The notes under the pieces: generated by a model
What the model was told of the DNA's origin: nothing
Databases searched by the model: none
The model's input: the letters and a program-made list of their open reading frames with translations, nothing else
Made by a program: the position numbers and the translations under genes
In this document: one piece after another, positions 1 to 7,928 of the stretch
Layout of the letters: each line of letters begins with the position of its first letter
Position numbering within the stretch: the stretch's first letter is position 1
DNA from: Bdellovibrionales bacterium
GTDB taxonomy: Bacteria > Bdellovibrionota > Bdellovibrionia > Bdellovibrionales > JAMPXM01
NCBI GenBank assembly: GCA_043739185.1
Contig: JAYUEN010000105.1
Location: 1-19,554, forward strand
DNA length: 19,554 nt
Direction: 5' to 3'

Positions 1-179
1 GCCTCCAAAACTAAGCAGGTATATTATGGCTGTTTAAGAGCTCGACAAGGCATAGCGCAAAATGTCGTTTATATGCATTAAGTTAGATTTGGAGGCCCAG
101 GCCTTAATATATTGCTTCCCTAGTGGCATACGCTTTGAAGTTTATGAATTTGGATCGATATCTTTAAGGAGAGTCCGTA

Positions 180-1439
180 ATGAAAAACTTCAAAAATTCG
201 ACTTCTACGACGCGCGTTGCTGCGACAGCTTTACTGAGTGTATTGATTCTTTCTACCTCAAATATGAGTCTTGGGGCATCTGGCGAACTCTATCCAGGAG
301 AAACTGGCCCGTCAGGCCAAGCTGCAACCACCAACCAAGGCGATTCAGACAATGCTCTTTCTAGACTCTTTCATAGGATCGGCGCTGCATTTTCAAGAAC
401 GTCAAATGATGATAGCACTCCAGCAAGCTCAATAGTTCGCAGAAAAGTTTCACAACTTCGTAAGGATGATAATTGTTTGATCCTGGCGGAAGATGAAGAA
501 TTTTATCCTCTGTACGATATGAAGGATCCAGATATTCAGCCGACTACTTATTTAGATCCAAGAATAAAAGATATCAGCGTTAACCTCAATGGTCTTGCAC
601 CTGAAGCTTTGAGAAAATCGCGCGCTGCCGGAATTGACGTTCACGATTGGCCAATTGTTTTAATTGGTCCTGTTACATTTTGTGGAAGCGTTGATTTGCA
701 GTTTCAAGCTGATCTCTCAAAGTTTGTTTCTAAAAGAAACTTTCGCGTTGAAATTGGCCCAAATGTTACAGTCAAAGGAATTCGCAATGTCAGTATCGTT
801 TCATCTCAACTTAAAAATGTCGAAATTACTGGAGCTTGTGTGGGCGCCAATAATTTTAGTTCTGAAACTCCCTGCGTGCGTATTGAGGAGTCTTTGAGAA
901 CGAGTCCCAATCACATGCTTTATTTTAAACATGACGGCCCGAAAATTTGTCGAATCGACAAACAAAACTTAACAGGATTGGAATTGCAAGTTGAAGGATA
1001 TTCGAAAGCCAAGCCACTTCCCTGCAAATGGGTTTCTGAGCATGCTGCATTTATCGAAGATGCAGTTGAAGCGCAACCTAGCCTTGCCGCGCAACCCGCC
1101 GCTATACCTATTCAAGGTACTGCGGTCAGACCTACTACTGTATGCAATGGGCCCTATTTTGCTTTGCTTCAACCAAAAGAAGTAAGTTTAGATTATGGAG
1201 TGCGCCCGCACGCCGTGGTTCCACAAATTGCACCGATCGCTGAAGCGCCGACAGCAGTTGTTGCTCCGGTTCCGCCTGCGGCCCCGGTGGCCTCCGCGCC
1301 AGTGACGACAGTGCAAAATGATAAAATTGATCCGAAGACGGGCAGACCTTATGCTTACAGATTGAATAAACCAAAGGCGAAGGCTGCGGCAAAAGTCGCT
1401 CCAGATCCGATGATCAATGCGCCTCGTGGGGATAAATAG
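180..1439 (+). CDS. Hypothetical exported protein with Pro/Ala/Val-rich low-complexity C-terminal tail
   Basis: 419-aa ORF. SD-like AAGGAGAG just upstream of the ATG. Basic N-terminus followed by a hydrophobic stretch (VAATALLSVLILS), consistent with a signal peptide. Tail VVAPVPPAAPVASAPV...KPKAKAAAK. No family recognised. Confidence 0.8.
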   Translation: MKNFKNSTSTTRVAATALLSVLILSTSNMSLGASGELYPGETGPSGQAATTNQGDSDNALSRLFHRIGAAFSRTSNDDSTPASSIVRRKVSQLRKDDNCLILAEDEEFYPLYDMKDPDIQPTTYLDPRIKDISVNLNGLAPEALRKSRAAGIDVHDWPIVLIGPVTFCGSVDLQFQADLSKFVSKRNFRVEIGPNVTVKGIRNVSIVSSQLKNVEITGACVGANNFSSETPCVRIEESLRTSPNHMLYFKHDGPKICRIDKQNLTGLELQVEGYSKAKPLPCKWVSEHAAFIEDAVEAQPSLAAQPAAIPIQGTAVRPTTVCNGPYFALLQPKEVSLDYGVRPHAVVPQIAPIAEAPTAVVAPVPPAAPVASAPVTTVQNDKIDPKTGRPYAYRLNKPKAKAAAKVAPDPMINAPRGDK

Positions 1440-1935
1440 ATTTTTTGTAACTCACACTTTGGCCCCTTGTCTCTTCAATTCTAATTTGGAGAGACCTAAA
1501 TTTAGGCTGATTCAAATCTTCAATTTTGGCTTGAACCAGACGTAGCCATAACTTTTCACAAAAATACCGAGCCAATTCCTCGCTTGTTATATTGACCACT
1601 GCCAGCTCTACACAGTCCGCCTTCGGAAAGACATAGCGGCGATCTGCAAACTGCATCTCGAGTGAATCACCAATATATTTAAATTTGAGATAGGGTGATT
1701 TGGCGGCAATTAAAATGCGCTCATCGACTTCATCGCAAAGTGCTTTTATCTCGGGTTTTATCAAATTGAAGTCAAACGCCATTCCGAGCGTAGAATTCAG
1801 CTCCGTAAGTTCAATATCACAATACAATTGATAATTATGCCCGTGCAAACGCTCAGCTGAAATTGCAGAAAAAATTGTAAAATGAGTGCTTGAAAATTTA
1901 AAACTCTCTTTTGCAAGATGAACGCAGAAACTCAT
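1414..1935 (-). CDS. 6-pyruvoyltetrahydropterin synthase/QueD-fold protein, Glu-type (PTPS-III-like) active-site motif
   Basis: FSSTHF...ERLHGHNY Zn-binding His motifs, DF..IK, ITSEELARY and EET..Q, all T-fold PTPS signatures. Start overlaps the stop of the upstream radical SAM gene (ATGA at 1932-1935). Confidence 0.92.
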   Translation of the reverse strand: MSFCVHLAKESFKFSSTHFTIFSAISAERLHGHNYQLYCDIELTELNSTLGMAFDFNLIKPEIKALCDEVDERILIAAKSPYLKFKYIGDSLEMQFADRRYVFPKADCVELAVVNITSEELARYFCEKLWLRLVQAKIEDLNQPKFRSLQIRIEETRGQSVSYKKSIYPHEAH

Positions 1936-2885
1936 AAGACAGACTCCTTTAAATGGCGGCTGGCGCTCTTTATTCTAGCTGCCTTATTTGCAAATCTTTG
2001 GATAAAGTCACATCTCTTGCAAAGACTTTCACAAAGCTCGCCGCGAGCAAATCCCCGCTTCATATTCTGCACGCGATCACTTTTCAAAATTTCAGAGAAA
2101 TTGGTTTCAAAAATATTTCCCAAATTGATTTTAGCCTCTTTATCAAGGCAACAAGGCACGACTTTGCCGTCTGCATGAATGGCAATATGGCTTGTCAGCG
2201 CATGGCAAAAACCCTGCTCGCTTAAAACTTCGTCTTGCAGGCTGGGCCAGCGAAAGCGCGAATCAAATTGAATTGAAACTCGACCGCCGAGGGGAAAGGA
2301 TTTCTTAAATTTCAATTCAATTTTTGTCGGATCAATTTGAACTGAAAATTTATCTTCTAGCTTTGTAAGAATCTGCTGATTTGCACGTGATTCAATTTCG
2401 GACTCGACAGCACCTTGGTTCCAAAGTCTGAATTGCACATAAAGATCTGGGCGCAGGAGTTTTGCTTGATCTACGAAATTGAAAATTGGCGAAAGGTAGC
2501 GTTCAAGAGCATCAAAATAATCCGAAGATTTAAGATTGGCAGCAAAACTCTGCAGAGATATATTCACCTGCGAAACTGCGGGTGAAAGTAAGGCTGAGAC
2601 ATTCTCTATGCGTAGCAAAGTCGCGTTAGTAGTAATCAGCACTTCGAGTTGATTTTGCGTACAGAGCTCAATGAGACCAGAAAATTCTGGGTGAGCAAGC
2701 GGCTCCCCCATCACATGTAGGCAAACTCTCGATGTAAAGGGCCGCACTTGTTGCAAAACAAATTTAAATTTCTCTAGCGAGAGAATCTGATTGCCGCGCT
2801 CCACCTCAGGGCAAAAATGGCATTGAAGATTGCAGATATTGCTGACTTCAATATAGATTCGATCTAAGTGCAAAACAGACTCCAA
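1932..2885 (-). CDS. Radical SAM protein with C-terminal SPASM/twitch domain
   Basis: YIEVSNICNLQCHFC (CxxxCxxC), GEPLAHP, ITTNAT. C-terminal FC...IHADGKVVPCC...LGNIF...LCKRC. TTG start is uncertain. Confidence 0.93.
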   Translation of the reverse strand: MESVLHLDRIYIEVSNICNLQCHFCPEVERGNQILSLEKFKFVLQQVRPFTSRVCLHVMGEPLAHPEFSGLIELCTQNQLEVLITTNATLLRIENVSALLSPAVSQVNISLQSFAANLKSSDYFDALERYLSPIFNFVDQAKLLRPDLYVQFRLWNQGAVESEIESRANQQILTKLEDKFSVQIDPTKIELKFKKSFPLGGRVSIQFDSRFRWPSLQDEVLSEQGFCHALTSHIAIHADGKVVPCCLDKEAKINLGNIFETNFSEILKSDRVQNMKRGFARGELCESLCKRCDFIQRFANKAARIKSASRHLKESVL

Positions 2886-2947
2886 GACGAGAGAGATTCT
2901 AGTTTACTTTCAATTTCTTGCTGCCGCACTTTCAATTGTCGCGAAGA

Positions 2948-3463
2948 TTATTCGCGCGATTTGGCAACTTCGATACTGATTCGAATGAGCTTCTTTAAAC
3001 TTTTCAGCTGATCCTCAGAGCGAATATCTCCGATGCCAAATTCAAGAAGTCCGAGGGCTGAAATGTGAATCCCACGCTCGAGCAAAAGCCAATGGGTCGC
3101 AGCTACTGCAGTTCGGCGATTGGCATCTTTAAAAAAGTGATTCAACACCAGTTGCGAGTACAGGTCGAGAGCAGCGTCCTCGACATCGCCGTTCATTGCT
3201 TTTTGCATCGCATTTGAAATGATATTTCGTAAGCTAATGAGAGGATTGGTTAATATTGAAAAGCTCGCGCGCTTGCCACCAGGTATACTGACAACTGCCG
3301 CTTCACTTCTCCAAGGATCTTCATCGCTTCCTCGAATCATCATATTGAGGCTGGCAAGCTCTTGAGTATTCAAATGCTTTTTCCCGTTTGCATTTTGATC
3401 TATATATGAAATCGCCTTTTCGAAGCGCACTCGCTGGAGTTGTTTTTTCAACATATCTTGCAC
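2948..3463 (-). CDS. Fic/Doc family protein (Doc-like motif)
   Basis: Signature HFFKDANRRTA, matching the Fic/Doc HxFx[DE][GA]N[GK]R pattern. GTG start. Confidence 0.88.
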   Translation of the reverse strand: MQDMLKKQLQRVRFEKAISYIDQNANGKKHLNTQELASLNMMIRGSDEDPWRSEAAVVSIPGGKRASFSILTNPLISLRNIISNAMQKAMNGDVEDAALDLYSQLVLNHFFKDANRRTAVAATHWLLLERGIHISALGLLEFGIGDIRSEDQLKSLKKLIRISIEVAKSRE

Positions 3464-3585
3464 GGAAAAGCCCTCATTGAAATAGCGAAGGGAACAGAAC
3501 TACTTACTAACACTGATGCTCATTTTTTTCTCTTAGTTTTTAATATATCCTTCATTTTTTTCAAACTTTCGCATACAAATAGCCC

Positions 3586-4722
3586 ATGAAAAATTTACTA
3601 CTTAGCCTCTTCTTTGCTGTGCTCGCCTATCAGTCTCAATCTTTGGCCTTTCCCGAATTGGCCGCTCATGGCTATCCCAATTGCATCGCCTGTCACGTAA
3701 GTCCTTCCGGCGGCGGGACCATGTCAGAGTATGGCAGGTCCCTTTCGAAGGACCTTTTAAGTACCTGGAGCTATGAGAATGAAGAACTGCTTGGACATGG
3801 TCTCATTGGCAAGCCTCACGAATGGTTTCAAGCGGGAGGGGATTTTCGCTTTATTCAGTCCTATACTAATGACGATGTAAAGACCCTTACCAAGAACTTT
3901 TGGATGCAAAATCAACTAGAAGTCAGCGCTCGCTTTGGCGGATTCTATATTGATTCTAGCCTAGGAGTTCAGCGCGGCCCAAGCTCGACACCACATCTTT
4001 ATGAAGCCATTTCTTCAAGGCATTATGTTGGCTATTTTTTCTCTGACGAAGTTTCGCTCCGCTTTGGGAAGTTCTTGCCAGCATATGGCCTCAATATTCC
4101 CAACCATCTTGCGACAACCAGAGCACCGCTCGGCTTCGATGAAGGCATGGAGCATTTTAATCTCGAGGCAGCTTATCTCGGCGAGAAGTTTGATGCCTTT
4201 CTGACCGCTCTTATGGGTAAAGGCGATTTAGAAGCCGCCGCGATTGAGTATTCTCCCGACCCAAGCTTAGACGAACATGGTGCCGCACTCTCAACAAGTG
4301 CTTGGGTTCTAGAGCGATTTAAGCTTGGCGTGAGCTTCCTCTACGGAAGTACGGACGCCTATCACCGCATTTTGAGCGGCGCTTTTGGAGTATTGAAATT
4401 GACTCCGAAGCTATACCTACTGAGCGAGTGGGACTGGCAATCCAAAGTAGACAAAGTCACCAATATTGAAGCCCGCGGCTTTGTGGACTATAATGAACTT
4501 GGTTTTGAAGCTTATAAAGGCGTTAACCTCTATATTCTTCAAGAGGAATCTTATTTGGATCTCAATACGCTGAGCTCTCGCGATGATTCGTTTGGCGGCG
4601 GATTTAAATTTTATCCACGCCCGCACCTCGAAATTCAAGCTGAGTATCGTAAAGAGCGAGATATGAGAAAGTTCACGAGCTATTTTGATTCGGGATATTT
4701 GACCGGTCACTATTATTTTTAA
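3586..4722 (+). CDS. Exported monoheme (CxxCH) protein fused to a predicted outer-membrane beta-barrel
   Basis: Signal peptide ending SQSLA. CIACH at nt 3682-3696. The rest is made of amphipathic aromatic-rich beta-strand-like segments, and the chain ends in GHYYF (terminal Phe typical of BAM substrates). Confidence 0.8.
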   Translation: MKNLLLSLFFAVLAYQSQSLAFPELAAHGYPNCIACHVSPSGGGTMSEYGRSLSKDLLSTWSYENEELLGHGLIGKPHEWFQAGGDFRFIQSYTNDDVKTLTKNFWMQNQLEVSARFGGFYIDSSLGVQRGPSSTPHLYEAISSRHYVGYFFSDEVSLRFGKFLPAYGLNIPNHLATTRAPLGFDEGMEHFNLEAAYLGEKFDAFLTALMGKGDLEAAAIEYSPDPSLDEHGAALSTSAWVLERFKLGVSFLYGSTDAYHRILSGAFGVLKLTPKLYLLSEWDWQSKVDKVTNIEARGFVDYNELGFEAYKGVNLYILQEESYLDLNTLSSRDDSFGGGFKFYPRPHLEIQAEYRKERDMRKFTSYFDSGYLTGHYYF

Positions 4723-4726
4723 AAGT

Positions 4727-5176
4727 TTAAACCAAAGCCTTAAACATCTTGATATGCGGAATATTCTGCTCGGAATAAGATTCTCCTTGAGCCAAATAAC
4801 CTTGGCGTAAGTAAAATTTTAATGCTGTCGCGCGCGCACTGAGTTCCATTTCGAAAATTTTATTTTCTAAAGCGATCTCTTCTGAAAACTTTACTAATTT
4901 TGCGCCGACGCCTTGGCATTGCAATTCCTCTAAAACTGCAACTTGTCGCATTTTCATTCTTTGCGAACTCAATTTTGACAACACCAAACAGGCTATCAAT
5001 TGTTCACCCTTAAATCCGCCAAGATGAAGATCCCTTTTGTCTCTTTCTAACTCTTGCGGCGTCAATTTGAGGCCCAAAGGAATGCGCAGAATCTGTTCGC
5101 GAAGCTTTAGACTTTGTCGATACTCTTCAGATCCAAAGATGATTTTTCGGAATTCAAAATCGAAAGTCATTTTCAA
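4727..5176 (-). CDS. GNAT family N-acetyltransferase (ElaA/YjcF-like)
   Basis: LR..ILR.PLG, MRQVAV...QCQGVGAKLV (acetyl-CoA motif A), LSAR..A..FY...GY, IPHIKM.K. The true start may be the ATG at 5170. Confidence 0.92.
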   Translation of the reverse strand: MKMTFDFEFRKIIFGSEEYRQSLKLREQILRIPLGLKLTPQELERDKRDLHLGGFKGEQLIACLVLSKLSSQRMKMRQVAVLEELQCQGVGAKLVKFSEEIALENKIFEMELSARATALKFYLRQGYLAQGESYSEQNIPHIKMFKALV

Positions 5177-5178
5177 TT

Positions 5179-7017
5179 TTAATACTTAAGGCGATGGCGG
5201 ACGCTTGTTACCACAAGTTCAGGATATCTGAGCCAAATATAGGTTCTAATAATGACAGCTGTTTGGTTGTGCAAAATATTATGCCACCATCTTGCGGTTA
5301 CAAATTCAGGAATAAGCAAAACCACTTCGCGCTTTTGTGACCTTGCTTCTTCGATTTTCTCAGAAACAAACTGCAAAAGAGGCTCAGACATAGATCGAAA
5401 TGGAGACGGCAATACCATAAGAGGAATACCAGTTTGATAAAGCGGCCAAGAATCCCTTAAACGTCCGGTTCCTTCGGGATTGATATCGACCGTAACAGCG
5501 ATCACATCTTTCGATATTGAACGACCAAAGCGAATGGCTCTAATCATTCCGCGATGCATATTCGAAAGTGGAATCAAAACCATAACATCCAAAGGCTCAC
5601 TACATTCTTTAAAATCCTCGGGCTTGGTTACAAGCTGTGGCGCCAAATCATAGTAGTGCTTTTTTATCTTTTTAAAGACCATTACGTTGAGTGGAACGAG
5701 CAATAAAATGATCCAAGCTCCATGCATAAAGCGCGTGATTGAAATGACCAGCAAAACGGTCGTCGTGACGATCGCGCCAGTCGCATTGATGGCTGCATGA
5801 TGCCGCCAGCCCTTGGGTTTGGTTTTATAAAACTTTACCACCATTCCGGTTTGCGAAAGTGTAAATGAAATAAATACGCCGACCGCGTATAATGGTAAGA
5901 GTGAGTTGGTATCGCCTCCATATAAGATAACCAAAACCGAAGCGAAGAAGCCAAGCAGCAAAATACCATTTGAAAACACCAGGCGATCGCCAAGGCTCGC
6001 CAACTGTCGCGGCAAATAACGATCGATAGCGAGCAGCGAACACAATCTAGGAAAGTCAGCAAATGCCGTATTGGCGGCAAGAATCAAAATACCCATTGTT
6101 GAAAACTGAATGATATAATAAAAAACGCCCGTTCCAAAAATGTGACGTGCAATTTGCGATACTACGGTTTCATTGTCATTCGGCATTACATGTATCAAAT
6201 GCCCTAATACTGATATTCCTATGAACATGATAGCCAAAATGACAACCATCCATTTTAAGGTACTAATTGCATTTTCACTCTCAGGCTTACGAAACGCAGG
6301 TACGCCATTTGACACGGCCTCTACTCCAGTAAGCGCCGTACAACCAGCTGAAAAAGCTTTCAGAATCATAAAGATTCCTATGGCCGGATATTGAAATGTC
6401 AGGGCTTCAGCGACTGGTTTTACGGTGAGTGTTCCGGTAATCGCCTGGTAGGCACCAACTCCAATGAGAGAGAAAATTGAAAACACAAAAACATAAGTAG
6501 GTACAGCGAATATTTTTCCGGAGTCTTTAAGTCCTCTGAGATTTCCCAATACAATCATCCAAATCGATATCAAGCAAAAAATGACATTGTAGGAACGCAG
6601 GCCTGGAAAGGCCGAAGTTATCGCCAATACACCTGCAGACACAGACACCGATACGGTTAACAAATAATCTAGCAAGAGTGCGCCGCCTGCGATAAGGCCT
6701 GGAGTTTCTCCTAAATTCGCCTTTGCCACAATATAAGCACCGCCACCGCCTGGATACTCATGAATAGTTTGGCGGTAGGAAATGAGTAAAATTAAAAGCA
6801 AAATACAGATCGCAAGGGAAATCGGCAGTGACCAATCAAGAGCCATTCCGCCAATTGCTGCTAGCTCAAACAAAATCGCTTCGGTCGCGTAAGCTACTGA
6901 AGAAAGCGCATCACTTGAAAATACGGCAAGAGCTTGAATTTTACCGAGGCGTTCATGCCCCATTTCTTGTACTGATAAAGGGCGACCTAAAAAGAAATTC
7001 TTAATTGGATTTGGCAT
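5179..7017 (-). CDS. APC-family transporter, KimA/YdaO-like (probable K+/H+ symporter)
   Basis: ERLGKIQALAVFSSDALSSVAYATE, SYRQTI..YP.GGGAY.VA..NLG, GCTALTGVEAVSNGVPAF, LIPEFV...WWHNILHNQTA. About 12 TM helices plus a cytoplasmic C-terminal domain. Confidence 0.92.
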   Translation of the reverse strand: MPNPIKNFFLGRPLSVQEMGHERLGKIQALAVFSSDALSSVAYATEAILFELAAIGGMALDWSLPISLAICILLLILLISYRQTIHEYPGGGGAYIVAKANLGETPGLIAGGALLLDYLLTVSVSVSAGVLAITSAFPGLRSYNVIFCLISIWMIVLGNLRGLKDSGKIFAVPTYVFVFSIFSLIGVGAYQAITGTLTVKPVAEALTFQYPAIGIFMILKAFSAGCTALTGVEAVSNGVPAFRKPESENAISTLKWMVVILAIMFIGISVLGHLIHVMPNDNETVVSQIARHIFGTGVFYYIIQFSTMGILILAANTAFADFPRLCSLLAIDRYLPRQLASLGDRLVFSNGILLLGFFASVLVILYGGDTNSLLPLYAVGVFISFTLSQTGMVVKFYKTKPKGWRHHAAINATGAIVTTTVLLVISITRFMHGAWIILLLVPLNVMVFKKIKKHYYDLAPQLVTKPEDFKECSEPLDVMVLIPLSNMHRGMIRAIRFGRSISKDVIAVTVDINPEGTGRLRDSWPLYQTGIPLMVLPSPFRSMSEPLLQFVSEKIEEARSQKREVVLLIPEFVTARWWHNILHNQTAVIIRTYIWLRYPELVVTSVRHRLKY

Positions 7018-7103
7018 AGCTCGCAGTAAAGCATACTTATAATTTTACTAGCAAGAAACTTATTCTCAGGGCAGGCGCCGTTAGCGCCCATTGCTTCTTT
7101 TTA

Positions 7104-7208
7104 GAGCCCGATTCGATAGTATTGCATTGTCAGATTCGCAAAAAATTGCCGACGGCAGGCGTGCTTAGATTGTAGAAGCTGATAATGCAATACTTCTTAA
7201 ACAGGCTC
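7104..7208. mobile_element. Putative 105-bp MITE (non-autonomous element)
   Basis: 30-bp imperfect terminal inverted repeats at 7104-7133 and 7179-7208 (23/30 matching; inner AGTATTGCATTGTCAG / CTGATAATGCAATACT 15/16). Flanked by TTA direct repeats at 7101-7103 and 7209-7211. Confidence 0.6.
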
Positions 7209-7763
7209 TTAGCTAAAAAAATAAGCTTGTATTAAAAAATAGATGCCCGTTACCCCAAACGCTAAGCTTACAAATAAAAACTGACGCTTCTTAGCTAAAA
7301 CCGCAATCGCCGTAACTGCAATGGCAATTTGAAAAAAGGTCACCGCTCTGGCAAGAATCTCATGTTTGCTTAAATGCTGCTTTGACTCTTTCTCTCTCTC
7401 TGTGGCTTTTTCTGCAATTTCATGTTGTTCTTTTTTATACTCGTTCAGTTTTTCTTCGACTGCGGGGTCACTGCCCTTACCAAGCAATGCTTGAACCTCG
7501 CGTTTAACTTCAAGAACACTCGCTTTTATACTTTTAGCCTGATAGTGGCTCCAATGATCTGAAGCCTGGAGCTGTTCAATCATGGCTTCATTGGCATAGT
7601 GACCTGCCAAAAGCGCGGCAACGGCAGCAAAAACGGCAAGAAAGGCTGAGAGCAATGCTCCTTGCATAATCCAAGATGGCCCGCCACCGTGGCCACCTCC
7701 ACCCTGAGCGTGGTGATGCATTTCTTCGTGTAATCCTTCAAGCGGAACTTCAATTTCTTCCAT
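7209..7763 (-). CDS. DUF4337-like membrane protein with His/Gly-rich N-terminus
   Basis: N-terminal TM helix, ASDHWSHYQAKSIK motif, coiled coil, then FFQIAIAVTAIAVL and a final TM helix. Confidence 0.85.
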   Translation of the reverse strand: MEEIEVPLEGLHEEMHHHAQGGGGHGGGPSWIMQGALLSAFLAVFAAVAALLAGHYANEAMIEQLQASDHWSHYQAKSIKASVLEVKREVQALLGKGSDPAVEEKLNEYKKEQHEIAEKATEREKESKQHLSKHEILARAVTFFQIAIAVTAIAVLAKKRQFLFVSLAFGVTGIYFLIQAYFFS

Positions 7764-7857
7764 TGTGCCCTCTATTGTTGTTTATGAAATTATAAATAAT
7801 TTAAAAGTCTTGTCTAGTCTACATTAAATTTTGCTGGTGGCATTATTGCGAATTTGT

Positions 7858-7889
7858 TTGAAAATAGAGTACGCCTACTTTATTTTCAA
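7858..7889. promoter_or_regulatory. Palindromic operator-like site upstream of the TetR gene
   Basis: TTGAAAATAGAGTA-cgcc-TACTTTATTTTCAA: 14-bp arms, 13/14 matching, in the divergent DUF4337/TetR intergenic region. Confidence 0.65.
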
Positions 7890-7928
7890 TCTTATTCGAT
7901 TTTCAATTGAGCTGTAAAGGGGTCCGCA

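Noticed and set aside
136..161. Sigma28-like promoter before the first gene (TGAAGTTT...ATCGATAT)
   Set aside because: The -10 box lacks the CCGA core and the spacing is one base short, which is too weak to call.
1414..2885. queD-queE queuosine or 7-deazaguanine DNA-modification cluster
   Set aside because: The PTPS lacks the catalytic Cys motif, the rSAM has a SPASM-type domain unlike QueE, and no queC, folE, tgt or dpdA genes are in the window.
2948..3585. Complete phd-doc toxin-antitoxin operon
   Set aside because: There is no antitoxin-sized co-oriented ORF upstream; the gap to the divergent gene is only 122 bp.
7018..7208. c-di-AMP (ydaO) riboswitch upstream of the KimA/YdaO-like transporter
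   Set aside because: The conserved GCTGAATCC and GGGGGAACC-like elements are not present on the minus strand. The structure here is better explained by the MITE-like inverted repeat.
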